Shown one piece after another: positions 18,367-28,047 of a stretch of DNA of 64,000 nt. The stretch spans positions 68,217 to 132,216 of the forward strand of contig JAPOZT010000008.1 of NCBI GenBank assembly GCA_026705925.1. Reading direction: 5' to 3'. The stretch comes from Gemmatimonadota bacterium (lineage in GTDB: Bacteria; JAAXHH01). Within the stretch, counting starts at the first letter, position 1. Each line of letters opens with the position of its first letter. The notes beneath the pieces are model-generated. The model was not told the DNA's origin, made no database searches, and saw nothing but the letters and a program-made list of their open reading frames with translations. Position numbers and translations under genes: made by a program.

Positions 18367-19123
18367 GGTCGCACCCCTTGAACGGGTAGTGATCGCCGGG
18401 CCTGAACCGGGGGAGCGGAGGGTAGTGGTTGATGCCGTCCACGGTCTTGCCCCGGCACAGGTAGGCGGGGAAGTTCTCGCGCTTGATGCGCGTGGTCGTT
18501 GGTATGTACCGGAGGGTCAGTCCGCACCGTCGCCGGTCGGACAGGTTGGCCTCCGAGCCGTGTATCAGGTAGGGATCGTGCAAGGATACGCCGCCCGCCG
18601 GCACGACGACGTCGACCGCCTCGGATTCATCCACCTTCACATCCAGTTCCGAACTCAATACGTTTTCCCCTTCGGTTCTACGGTGCCGGTACAGTTTCTG
18701 GTCCCGGTGGCTGCCGGGGATGACCCGCATGCAGCCGTTCTCCGGGGTCGAGTCGTCCACGGCCAGCCAGATGGTAATGACTTCCATGGGCTCCAGCGGC
18801 CAGTAGTTCCCGTCCTGGTGCCACAGCACCGGCTGCCCGTCCCCAGGCGGCTTGCTGATGTAATGTGCCGCGAAGAGCGCGATGTCGGGACCCAGAAAGG
18901 GTTCGATGACGTCGATTAGCCGGGGGTCGGTGCAGAGGCGGATCCAGAACGGATCGTCCACGATGAGGTGGTGGTGGTACTGCTCCGGCCGGATGTCGGG
19001 GTACTTCTCTCCCATCCACTCGACATGGCCCTGGGCTTCGGCGGTCAGGGCTTCGTCGATGACCCCGGGCAGGACGACATAGCCGTCTTCTTCGTACCGG
19101 CTTACGATATTGGCGCCGTTCAC
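18350..19123 (-). CDS. phytanoyl-CoA dioxygenase (PhyH) family Fe(II)/2-oxoglutarate oxygenase
   Basis: PhyH pattern VLWHQDGNYW...MRVIPGSH...DRRRCGLTLRY. Confidence 0.85.
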   Translation of the reverse strand: MNGANIVSRYEEDGYVVLPGVIDEALTAEAQGHVEWMGEKYPDIRPEQYHHHLIVDDPFWIRLCTDPRLIDVIEPFLGPDIALFAAHYISKPPGDGQPVLWHQDGNYWPLEPMEVITIWLAVDDSTPENGCMRVIPGSHRDQKLYRHRRTEGENVLSSELDVKVDESEAVDVVVPAGGVSLHDPYLIHGSEANLSDRRRCGLTLRYIPTTTRIKRENFPAYLCRGKTVDGINHYPPLPRFRPGDHYPFKGCDLPPWN

Positions 19124-19523
19124 ACCGGACCTCCCCGCTGTTCGTGTTCGAGTTGATAACTGCCTTACTATAGTTATCCTGTAATAACGACAGCGTCAAC
19201 CGGTCTTCCCGGGGGCACCGGTTTTGCGGTCTCCGTCGCCGATCTGAAGGGTTCAAAGCACAAGCCCCCGGCCGAAACCGGGGGCCTGTAAAAAAAGAAA
19301 AGGCGAAGAACGGGAAACCGGTCAACTGATGCCGACTCGAAGCACGACGTCAACCGCGAGTCGTTTCCCTGTCCCTCACGTTGAAGCTACTTCGTCACCG
19401 GCGCGGCGTCAAGTGCTATCGTCGCCGGCGCGGCGTCAAGCCTGAAAACCACCGGTTGGAAAGCCGTGCCTTGCTCCCGAGAAAGCCGATCGGACTGTCT
19501 TATCCCACTAAAGAATAGAATGG

Positions 19524-19552
19524 TTGACACCCCACCGTGGACTGTGTATTTT
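19524..19552 (+). promoter_or_regulatory. sigma70-like promoter TTGACA-17-TATTTT upstream of korA
   Basis: ttgacaccccaccgtggactgtgtatttt sits ~95 nt upstream of the korA ATG. Two 19-nt direct repeats lie a further ~85 nt upstream. Confidence 0.4.
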
Positions 19553-19645
19553 GTTGGTTCCCACTATGCTGTTTACTACCATGACAGAAACGCGTACGCA
19601 CGTCGGCAGATCAGCTTGTCCGTGATGTACAGACAGGAGAACCCG

Positions 19646-21496
19646 ATGAGTTCTGACAAATTCGACTTTGCCATTGCCATAGGCGGCGCAGCGGGCCAGG
19701 GTATCGCCACACCGGGCAACGTGCTCGCCCGGATTTTCATCCGGCGCGGACTGCATCTCAACGCCTACAATGCATACCAGTCGATCATCCGGGGCGGTCA
19801 TATCTTCCTCACGATGAGGATCAGCGATCAACCGGTAAGCAACCACGGCGACAAGCTCGACCTGCTGGTCTGCCTGAACCAGGATACGATGGACCGGCAC
19901 CTGGGCCTCATGGGACCCGGCACGCGGGTGCTCTACAACAGCGACACGATCACGCCCGGCACCCCGGAAGACGGCGTGCACCTCTGCCCGCTGCCCATCA
20001 ACGAACTGACCGACAACAACCGCAACAAGCTCGTGCAGAACACGGTGGCGCTTGGGACGATCCTCTATCTGCTCGACGTGGACTTCCAGATCCTGGAAGA
20101 CATCATCACCATGCAGTTTCGGCGCAAGGGGCAGGAAGTAATCGACGAGAACGTGGGCGTGGCCCGCGCGGGGTACGACTACGCCGCGGCGCACTTCGAA
20201 CCCTGCTCGCAGTCCCTTCCCTCCGGCGGCAAGCCGCTGGCCGTGTGGACAGGCAACGACGCGCTGGCCATGGGCGGCGCGTCCGCCGGGGTCAAATTCT
20301 ACTGCGCCTATCCCATGAGTCCCTCCACGGGCGTCCTCCACTGGATGGCACAGAATGCGCGGGAACTGGGCATCATGGTGCGCCAGGTCGAGGACGAGAT
20401 CGGCGTGGCCAACATGGCCATCGGCGCAGCCCACGTGGGCTGCCGGTCCATGTGCGCCACCTCGGGCGGCGGCTTCGCCCTGATGACCGAGGCCGTGGGC
20501 AGCGCTGCCATGATGGAAATCCCGGTCGTCTTCATCGACGTGCAGCGGGCCGGTCCGTCCACGGGCGTGCCCACCAAGACGGAACAGGGCGATCTCTGGC
20601 AGATTCTCGGCGCGAGCCAGGGCGATTTCGAGCGGTTCATCGTGGCGCCGACCGATGCGCTGGACGCCTTCCATACCTTGCCCGAGCTGTTCAACCTGGT
20701 GGATCACTGCCAGTGCCCGGGCATCGTGATCTCGGATCTGCTGATTTCCGAAGGCACCTTCAGCGTCGACCCGGACGCCATCGACATGCAGCCGGGGATC
20801 GACCGGGGCGAGTTGATTACCCAGTCCAGTAACGGCGCGAGCGACATCCCGACGGGTTCGCAGCTGGCCAACGGCCACGGACTCATCGGCGCGCCGAGTA
20901 ACGGTTACCTGCGATACGTGAACACGGAGAGCGGGATTTCTCCCCGCGCGCTGCCGGGCGTGGAGGGATACGCGCACGTGGTGGCCACCGACGAACACGA
21001 TGAAGACGGCGTCCTGGTCAGCGACGAGTTCACCAATCCCCACAAACGGCGCAAGATGGTGGAGAAGCGGGCCCGCAAGTTCAAGAACATCGCGCAGCGC
21101 ATCGAACCGCCGGCGCTCTCGGGTGCAAGCGCCGAAGACGCCGAGATCACGCTCATCGGCTGGGGTTCGACCCGCGGCGTGATCCGGGAAGCGGTGGAAA
21201 TCCTGCACCGTGACGGCGTCGCCGTAAACCACCTGCCGATCAAGTGGATCGTCCCCCTGCACGTGGACGCCATCCAGGAAGTCTTCGACAAGGCGAAAAA
21301 GACCGTGATCGTGGAGAACAATCATTCCGGCCAGTTCCACCGGTACCTGCGCAGCGAGACCGGATTGACGGCCGACGGCCACATCCGGAAGTACGACGGC
21401 GAGCCGTTCATGCCCCATCACATCGTGGACGGCGTCCGGGAGCTGCTGGCCGGAACGACGGACATCTACGTGCCCTATCAAGAAGTCATCGTCTAA
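19646..21496 (+). CDS. korA: 2-oxoacid:ferredoxin oxidoreductase, alpha subunit (KorA-like)
   Basis: RBS AGGAGA before ATG 19646. N-terminus FAIAIGGAAGQGIATPGNVLA. Pyruvate/2-ketoacid flavodoxin-ferredoxin oxidoreductase domains. 616 aa. Confidence 0.85.
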   Translation: MSSDKFDFAIAIGGAAGQGIATPGNVLARIFIRRGLHLNAYNAYQSIIRGGHIFLTMRISDQPVSNHGDKLDLLVCLNQDTMDRHLGLMGPGTRVLYNSDTITPGTPEDGVHLCPLPINELTDNNRNKLVQNTVALGTILYLLDVDFQILEDIITMQFRRKGQEVIDENVGVARAGYDYAAAHFEPCSQSLPSGGKPLAVWTGNDALAMGGASAGVKFYCAYPMSPSTGVLHWMAQNARELGIMVRQVEDEIGVANMAIGAAHVGCRSMCATSGGGFALMTEAVGSAAMMEIPVVFIDVQRAGPSTGVPTKTEQGDLWQILGASQGDFERFIVAPTDALDAFHTLPELFNLVDHCQCPGIVISDLLISEGTFSVDPDAIDMQPGIDRGELITQSSNGASDIPTGSQLANGHGLIGAPSNGYLRYVNTESGISPRALPGVEGYAHVVATDEHDEDGVLVSDEFTNPHKRRKMVEKRARKFKNIAQRIEPPALSGASAEDAEITLIGWGSTRGVIREAVEILHRDGVAVNHLPIKWIVPLHVDAIQEVFDKAKKTVIVENNHSGQFHRYLRSETGLTADGHIRKYDGEPFMPHHIVDGVRELLAGTTDIYVPYQEVIV

Positions 21497-21508
21497 GGAG
21501 TCTCCAAC

Positions 21509-22429
21509 ATGTCAGTGGAAACTTTACCACGCGAGGAAGTGGAAGCGAAGCCGGTAGCGCCATTGAAAGCAAAGGACTTCAAGGGCAAGGTGGATCCGGA
21601 CTGGTGCCCGGGATGCGGCGATTTCGGCGTGCTGAGCAGCCTGCAGCGGGCCTGCGTGAACCTGGGCCTCCGGCCCCATGAGATCCTCACGATCAGCGGA
21701 ATCGGGTGTTCCTCGAATTTCCCGGGTTTCTTCAACTCCTACGGCATGCACACGCTGCACGGCCGTGCCCTCGCCGTGGCCACGGGCGCGCAGATGGCGA
21801 ATCACGAACTCACCGTGTTCGTCACGGGGGGAGACGGCGACGGATACGGGATCGGCGGGAACCACTTCACCCACACGGCGAGGCGCAATGTCGACCTGAC
21901 CTACATCGTCATGGACAACCAGATCTATGGGTTGACCACCGGACAGATCTCGCCGACCAGCACTATCGACATGAAGACCAAGAGTACGCCTTTCGGCAGC
22001 GTGGAAATGCCGATCAACCCCATCACGGCCGCCATCATGAACGGCGCGACCTTCGTGGCGCGGGCCTTCAGCGGCGACGCCCGCCACCTGACCGGACTCA
22101 TCGAACAGGCCGTACAGCACCGGGGCTTTTCGCTGATCGACGTATTCAGCCCCTGCGTCACGTTCAACAAGGACAACGACTACCCCTTCTTCAAGCAGCG
22201 CGTCAAGAAGCTGGAGGACGAAGGCCACGATCCCGGCGACTGGAAGACGGCCTGCGAGAAGGCCATGATCTGGGGGGACGAGATCTACACCGGCCTGTTC
22301 TTTCAGAAAACGGACGCGCCCACGCTGGGGGACCGCGAGCCGGTACTGGACGAGGGCGGCGCCATGGCCTGGCGCGAGCTGGGGATCACGGAAGAGCAGT
22401 CCGACCGGATCATCAAGCGCATGATGTAG
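21509..22429 (+). CDS. korB: 2-oxoacid:ferredoxin oxidoreductase, beta subunit (TPP-binding, KorB-like)
   Basis: WCPGCGDFGVL plus a TPP-binding GDG..YGIGGNH region. It starts 13 nt after korA. Confidence 0.85.
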   Translation: MSVETLPREEVEAKPVAPLKAKDFKGKVDPDWCPGCGDFGVLSSLQRACVNLGLRPHEILTISGIGCSSNFPGFFNSYGMHTLHGRALAVATGAQMANHELTVFVTGGDGDGYGIGGNHFTHTARRNVDLTYIVMDNQIYGLTTGQISPTSTIDMKTKSTPFGSVEMPINPITAAIMNGATFVARAFSGDARHLTGLIEQAVQHRGFSLIDVFSPCVTFNKDNDYPFFKQRVKKLEDEGHDPGDWKTACEKAMIWGDEIYTGLFFQKTDAPTLGDREPVLDEGGAMAWRELGITEEQSDRIIKRMM

Positions 22430-22460
22430 CGGGATGAGACGGCGGCGCAACGGGTTTAAG

Positions 22461-22560
22461 CCGCGGCGCCGGGTCGACGCTGCATTGAGACGACGCGCCG
22501 GGTCGAAGCCGCGCCGGGTCGAAGCCGCGCCGGGTCGAAGCCGCGCCGGGTCGAAGCCGC
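22461..22560. repeat. tandem 16-nt repeat (GCGCCGGGTCGAAGCC) x4 perfect plus 1 degenerate copy
   Basis: Lies between the korB stop and the convergent nrtR-like stop. Confidence 0.85.
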
Positions 22561-22563
22561 GTT

Positions 22564-23223
22564 TCAGATGAAGGGGATTTCCTGCAGTTCCCGGTGTACG
22601 GCGCGGTAGAGAGGGACCGGCGAGGCGTTCTCTGCCGGACGCTCCCCGCCGGTGGCTTCGATCATGCCCAGTGACTGGACCTTGTCGCTGAAACTCCCCG
22701 TATTCAGCTTTTCACCCAGCCCCTGTTCATATACGCACTGCAGTTCCGCCATAGTAAATTCACCGGGCAGCAGCAGCAGCGCGATATTCGTGTAATTCAG
22801 TTTGGCCGCGATCCTGTCCGTGCAAACCTTCAGAATCTCATTGTGATCGTACGCCAGCGACGGGGTATCATTGACGTAGAACCATTCCCCCGTGCGGTAC
22901 TTGTCCACCGGTTCAAAGGTCTCGCCCGGGCGATCGGGAAACCCCATGTAGGCCGTCGAGATCGTTCGCCTTCTGGGGTCCCGGTCGATGGCTGAGAAGG
23001 TGTAGACCTGCTCGAAGTAGGCGCCCGACCGGCCCGTTGCCTCGCGGTAAGCGCGCCGTACCGCCGACTCCAGGTCTTCTGTTTCGAGTACCAGGGTTCC
23101 GGGCAGCGAATAGCGGCCCACGAAGGGTTCGATCTTCAACTCGACCAGGTAGACGAGCAACTTGCCGTCGAGGAACCGAAAGATGCCGAGGTCCGTGGCC
23201 GCATATGGTTTGGTCGGAATCAT
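22564..23223 (-). CDS. nrtR: NrtR-family regulator (degenerate Nudix domain plus C-terminal winged-helix)
   Basis: Nudix box is degenerate (GTLVLETEDLESAVRRAYREATG lacks the EE pair). The C-terminal EFTMAELQCVYEQGLGEKLNTGSFSDKV matches the NrtR wHTH signature. Start taken at MIPTKPY. Confidence 0.65.
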   Translation of the reverse strand: MIPTKPYAATDLGIFRFLDGKLLVYLVELKIEPFVGRYSLPGTLVLETEDLESAVRRAYREATGRSGAYFEQVYTFSAIDRDPRRRTISTAYMGFPDRPGETFEPVDKYRTGEWFYVNDTPSLAYDHNEILKVCTDRIAAKLNYTNIALLLLPGEFTMAELQCVYEQGLGEKLNTGSFSDKVQSLGMIEATGGERPAENASPVPLYRAVHRELQEIPFI

Positions 23224-23375
23224 TGCAAGGTCATGTTTGCATCGTTTGCCGGGGTGTGGCAAGCAAAAAATGGGTGGAAGCGCAGGTAGTTGGAAGCGCA
23301 GGTAACCGGGAGAGGTTTCCGCCCGCGTCTGCGGCCGTGTTTGCGCCCGCGCGATAGGGAGCCGTTTCACTTTCT

Positions 23376-24281
23376 ATGGAACTGGAAGTCCTGAAAACCG
23401 TCGTGCAACTCGTGTCCGGCGCGCTGATCGGCGCCTGCATCGGCATGACCGGCATTGGTGGCGGGGTCCTCCTGCTGCCCGTTCTGACGCTGGGATTCGG
23501 CCTGCCGTCCACGGTGGCGGTGGGCACCGCCCATCTCTATTCCTTTCTTTGCAAGCTCCCGGCCGTATTCTTCCATTTCAGGCAGGGGACCATCCGGTTC
23601 CGCACCTCGGTGTATTTCCTGGCGGGCGCGGTGCCCGTCTCCGTGGCCGTCGCCCTCTGGATCACAGGGTACGCCGGCGACATGGATCCGGCCGACCCGG
23701 CATGGCGCGAACTCCAGACGAATCTCCGCCAGTTCATCGCAGCGGTAGTTATCCTGTCGGGTCTGATGATTCTGTGGCACACGTTCTTGCGGCCGGTTTC
23801 CCGCGTGCTAAAGGCCCGGGCGGGGCTGGCGGGCAAGGCGGGCCAGGCGGGCCAGGCGGGCCAGGAAAGCCAGGTGGGCCTGGTGGGCCTGGCTGTCCGG
23901 CGGATTTCCGCCCGGATCACGGGTGCGAAGATCGCCCTCGCGGTGGTGCTGGGCGCCGTCATCGGCGGGCTGATCGCCTCCACCTCGGTGGGCAGCGGCA
24001 TCCTGATCGTGCCGATTATGATCATCGTCTACCGCCTCACCGCGGTGGACACGGTGGGGTCCTCGATTTTCATTGCGCTGTCGCTGACCTTCACGAGTTC
24101 GATCATCTATGCCGGCAGCAGTCAGCTGGATCTCGCCATCGCCGTGACCATGGCCGCCGGATCGCTGGTGGGCGTACCCCTGGGCGTGCGGATGTCCCGC
24201 AGGATCCCGGAGCGCTACCTGCAGATCACCATCACCGGACTGGTGCTGGTGGCGGGAGGGGTCATGTTGCTCGGGGGGTGA
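23376..24281 (+). CDS. sulfite exporter TauE/SafE family membrane protein
   Basis: Two DUF81 halves (GIGGGVLLLPVLTLGFG and the second half). The central loop holds a GQAGQAGQ microsatellite. Confidence 0.8.
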   Translation: MELEVLKTVVQLVSGALIGACIGMTGIGGGVLLLPVLTLGFGLPSTVAVGTAHLYSFLCKLPAVFFHFRQGTIRFRTSVYFLAGAVPVSVAVALWITGYAGDMDPADPAWRELQTNLRQFIAAVVILSGLMILWHTFLRPVSRVLKARAGLAGKAGQAGQAGQESQVGLVGLAVRRISARITGAKIALAVVLGAVIGGLIASTSVGSGILIVPIMIIVYRLTAVDTVGSSIFIALSLTFTSSIIYAGSSQLDLAIAVTMAAGSLVGVPLGVRMSRRIPERYLQITITGLVLVAGGVMLLGG

Positions 24282-24290
24282 CGAGCGGGA

Positions 24291-25085
24291 TCAGGGCGAC
24301 GCGAATATATCGTTCAACACGCCGCTCAGGCGGATACCGGCCTGCAGCAGTCTGAGTCTGACCCCGTCGGCATGCTTGAAGATATAGTCAAAGCCCAGGT
24401 AAGGGGTCCTTTCGGAACGGGAGTCGCCGAAGTCATAGACTGCCGGCAGCATGCTCCGAGATTCCCGCGCCCAGTCATATACGTCCGAACGGCGCCACGC
24501 CTCGATCTCGCCGGGTTCGGCGTGCCCGAAGAACCGGACCCATTCCGTGAAGCTCAGCCGCTGGTGCTCGACGAGGTGCTCGTCCCAGACTCTGTGGAGG
24601 TTCGTGGTTTCGCCGAACCACCGGACCCGGATATCGTTGCCGCCGCGGTCGCTGGCATAGCCCACGTGCAGTGGCTGGTGGACGTCGGCCACGAAGTGCG
24701 CCAGGAATTTCAACGCTTCCACCCGTTCCTTCCTGCTCGATCCGCGGTTTCTCAACACCCGTTCGAAACGCTGAATGGCCTCGACCACGTCGCCGTCCGG
24801 ACTTCTTTTCGCCGATTCAATCGACTGGCCGGGCGCCGCGTTGACGTAATGCCACGGCGAGGCATGGTCCCAGGCGGGATCGGACTTGATCTCGTCTGCC
24901 CACGTGCCGATCTGTGCCAGCGAAGCGCGGCCGACGAGTTCGGAAATGCCCTTTCGGGCCGCGTCCGTCAGGTGGTTCTCGGCGATCTGGCCCACGATGC
25001 GGTGGCCGTTCGGTCCCCAGGCTGCGGTCGGCAGGGACCCGCACAGCAGGAGGATCGAAGCGATGGCTATTCGTGCATTGCGCAT
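24291..25085 (-). CDS. S1/P1 nuclease family (zinc-dependent) with signal peptide
   Basis: WGPNGHRIVGQIA N-terminus after a signal peptide, WHYVN, and the HQPLH zinc-ligand motif. Confidence 0.8.
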   Translation of the reverse strand: MRNARIAIASILLLCGSLPTAAWGPNGHRIVGQIAENHLTDAARKGISELVGRASLAQIGTWADEIKSDPAWDHASPWHYVNAAPGQSIESAKRSPDGDVVEAIQRFERVLRNRGSSRKERVEALKFLAHFVADVHQPLHVGYASDRGGNDIRVRWFGETTNLHRVWDEHLVEHQRLSFTEWVRFFGHAEPGEIEAWRRSDVYDWARESRSMLPAVYDFGDSRSERTPYLGFDYIFKHADGVRLRLLQAGIRLSGVLNDIFASP

Positions 25086-25106
25086 GAGCGGTTCTCCGGT
25101 ATGTGT

Positions 25107-26579
25107 TCAGGGTACGTAGGAGGATTTCGGATCCGTGGGAGGCGGCGGCCAGTGCAAACCCCGCTGGCCCGACAGGCCCCGGTTGGGCGGCAACGTGTAT
25201 TCTCGGTCCGGCAGGCCGGTCAGTTCTCCGTTCTGTATCCACGCCGGGTCCAGGTCGGCCAGTTGGTCCACCAGCCGTGCCTTCAACCGACCGACGATTT
25301 CGGCATGACCGGACGAATCCGATAGATCGCGGCGTTCTTCCGGGTCTTGCTCGAGGTCGAATAACTGCGTTCGGTTGCCCACCGGATAGTAGATCAGCTT
25401 GTGCCGGCCGTCGTGCATCATGCGCGTGGCCTGGGCGTTCTCGCCGCATTCGCCGTACAGGTATTCACGCCTGTCGACACCCGCCATGGAACGGCCTTCG
25501 ACCGAGCCGGGGACGTCGATCCCCGCGAGGTCGAGCAGCGTGGGCATAACGTCCTGCCAGCCCACGAGCCGGTCGTCGGTGCGGCTGTGTCCGACCCGGT
25601 CGTCGCCGGCCTGGCCCACGAGTATCATGGGTACGTTGGCCGATTGCTCGTAATACAGGCGCTTCGTTCACAGGCCGTGATCGCCCAGCATGTCCCCGTG
25701 GTCGGCCGTGAAGAGCACGATCGTGTTGTCGATCAGGCATTCCTCCCGCAACGTGCCGATCACCACGCGCAACTGGTGGTCGATGTGGGTACACAGCGCG
25801 TAGAATGCCCTTCTCGCCCATGCGATCTGGGTGTCGCTCATCCCGCAGTTGTTACCCCGAACCGCCTTCAGCGCATAAGGCAAGGCGTCGTGGTCCTCCG
25901 CCCAGTCGCCGCAGTACGGCGTGCCCGGATCCTCGTCACGGTACAGGTCCAGGTAACACTGCAGAGGGGTCAGCGGGGGATGGGGATGGCAGTAGGACAG
26001 GTACCAGAATCCCGGTCGTGTCGGATCGCGGCGCCGGATCATCCGGGCCATCTGGCGTGTGGTCCAGTTGGTAACGTGCATGGCCTCGGGCAGATGCCAG
26101 GGCCGCTGGCTGTAGTCGTTGTTGCTCATGCCGTGGGTGAATCCTTCTCCGGCGTAACCGTTCTCACCGAGAAAAGCCTCGTAGTCGTCCAGTGCGCCGA
26201 TGTTCGGACGGCCCTCTTCCGCCAGGATCACGTCGTCGAACCCGATCCGGTCACGCTGCGGGTACACGTGCAGCTTGCCCACGGCGTAAGCCTGGTATCC
26301 GTTGTCCCGGAAGGTCTGGGCTACGGTGGGGAGCGGCGGCATGGGATTATCGACCTTGAACACCCGGTCGCCGTGCGTTGCCGTGGTCGTTCCGGTCATG
26401 ATCGTCCTGCGGGCGGGAATGCATACCGGGCATTCGCTGTAGGCCCGCGTATACCTGACCCCGCTGCGGGCAAGGGTATCCAGGGTGGGCGTCTGGATCA
26501 CCGGATGTCCCGCGTGACCGAACAGCTTGCCCGGCCAGTGATCGGTACAGACGAGCAATACGTGTGGAGATGACGGCAT
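25107..26579 (-). pseudogene. type I sulfatase (CxPxR formylglycine motif) interrupted by an in-frame TGA at 25668-25670; otherwise intact
   Basis: CTDHW...SECPVCIPARRTIMTG. The sequence reads DHGDMLGDHGL*TKRLYYEQSANVP where homologues (e.g. BetC) have DHGDMLGERGLWYKMNFFEGSARVP. Both halves are in the same frame. No signal peptide. Confidence 0.7.
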
Positions 26580-26891
26580 GGCGCTCCCGCATGAATTATA
26601 CATCGAGTTCAGTCGCGTCGATCGAATACCACAATATACGACACGCGCTGCCGGGTGTCCACCTGTACCGTCGAATGCAGACCATGCGTATAAATTGAAA
26701 GATCGTGTTGACAAGTCTTTATATATCTGTATATTCGTTTATCAGGATATAGTCGTATTCATCGCGCGTGAGCCGCCGTGATGAGGCTCCCGTATGGGAC
26801 TGTCGCGCGTGAGCCGCCTCACAAGGGTTGACGCTCAGGTGCGGCCAGGAACGGACCTCGATACAGGTGCTGATACGCGGGGGGTAATCTT

Positions 26892-27305
26892 ATGGATAGA
26901 GATGTCGCCGTATTCAAGGCTTGTTCGGACGCGACGCGCCTCCGCATACTGTTCCTGCTGACCGAGCGGGAACTATGCGTGTGCGAAATCATGGCGGTCC
27001 TGGATATGCCACAGGGCAAGATCTCCCGGCACCTGGCCGTGCTGAAGCAGTACGGACTGCTTACGGATCGCCGCGACGGCGTATGGATCTACTACGCGCT
27101 GGCCACAGACTCCTCGATCGCCCTGAAGTACGTGTCGGTATATCTCGTCTCGGCCCGCCAGGTCCACGCGCGGGTCCAGGCGGACCTGGACCGGTTGCGC
27201 GGACTGGCCAGCGAGGGCAAGATCTGCGTGCCCCAGCCCTCAATGGCCCTGCTACAGGTAGACGAACGTGATGACCCGGTCCTGCGCGGTCAATCGATGG
27301 TGTAA
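26892..27305 (+). CDS. arsR: ArsR/SmtB family metalloregulator
   Basis: HTH plus the ELCVCEI metal-binding motif. Confidence 0.85.
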   Translation: MDRDVAVFKACSDATRLRILFLLTERELCVCEIMAVLDMPQGKISRHLAVLKQYGLLTDRRDGVWIYYALATDSSIALKYVSVYLVSARQVHARVQADLDRLRGLASEGKICVPQPSMALLQVDERDDPVLRGQSMV

Positions 27306-27316
27306 GGGGAGTTGCA

Positions 27317-28039
27317 GTGAAACCGTACCTACAGGAAACAGCCAGCAGCCCGGACCTCATTCGTTATCTGCAGGCGCGACTGGCGGAATTCCGCCTGATT
27401 CCGGCAGACCGTAAGAAGGCACTGGACCACGTTTCCAAATACATCATGGAGCGGCAGAGCAGCGGAGAACCGACCCGACTGATCTTCATCTGCACACACA
27501 ATGCCCGCCGGAGCCAGATGGCCCAGATCTGGGCCCAGGCCGCCGCGTGGTTTTTTGGCATACGGGGAATTGCCGCGTTCTCGGGCGGCACGGAGGCCAC
27601 CGCCTTCGATCAGAGAGCCGTATCGGCGATGGTCCGGGCGGGATTCCGGGTTGAACTGCAATCGGAGGGGGCCAACCCGGTCTATCTCGTTCATGCAGGG
27701 ACTAAACTCTCCCCGGTGCGCGCGTTCTCCAAGGTTTACCACGATCCATCCAACCCGCAGCACGGTTTCTGCGCAGTCCTGACCTGTTCGAGCGCCGATC
27801 GCGAGTGTCCGGTGATACCCACGGCGGACCAGCGCGTGCTCATCCCATACGAAGACCCCAGGTCCGCCGATGGCACGGACCGGGAGGCGGAGGTCTACGA
27901 CGAACGATGCCGGGAGATCTGCCGCGAGATGGTATGGGTGTTTGCGAGGGCGGCCGGGACGGGCGAAGCGGCCGGAGCGGACGAAGCCGCTGGTGCGGGC
28001 GAAGCGGCCGGGCGCAGATCCACCACGAATTCAACCTGA
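27317..28039 (+). CDS. arsC: arsenate reductase, LMW-PTP (thioredoxin-coupled) type, with ~60-aa N-terminal extension
   Basis: P-loop CTHNARRSQ (CX5R). Downstream [11 protein letters not shown] Cys pair. C-terminal GEAAG repeats. Confidence 0.8.
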   Translation: MKPYLQETASSPDLIRYLQARLAEFRLIPADRKKALDHVSKYIMERQSSGEPTRLIFICTHNARRSQMAQIWAQAAAWFFGIRGIAAFSGGTEATAFDQRAVSAMVRAGFRVELQSEGANPVYLVHAGTKLSPVRAFSKVYHDPSNPQHGFCAVLTCSSADRECPVIPTADQRVLIPYEDPRSADGTDREAEVYDERCREICREMVWVFARAAGTGEAAGADEAAGAGEAAGRRSTTNST

Positions 28040-28047
28040 GCGCATCC

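Noticed and set aside
19265-19300. GC hairpin CCCCCGGCCGAAACCGGGGG plus A-run as a rho-independent terminator
   Set aside because: Both flanking genes are transcribed away from this spacer. On the plus strand the hairpin is followed by A's, not U's. On the minus strand the T-run precedes the stem.
19466-19645. Upstream extension of korA from the ORF-track start at 19466
   Set aside because: The conserved KorA N-terminus begins at MSSDKFDF (ATG 19646) with an AGGAGA RBS. The upstream 60 codons overlap the predicted promoter and have no homology.
25668-25670. In-frame TGA in the sulfatase as a recoded (Trp/Sec) codon
   Set aside because: Many unambiguous genes in the window (e.g. 310-1113, korA) terminate with TGA, so TGA is a normal stop here. 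No SECIS-like structure is evident. A nonsense mutation or base-call error is more parsimonious.
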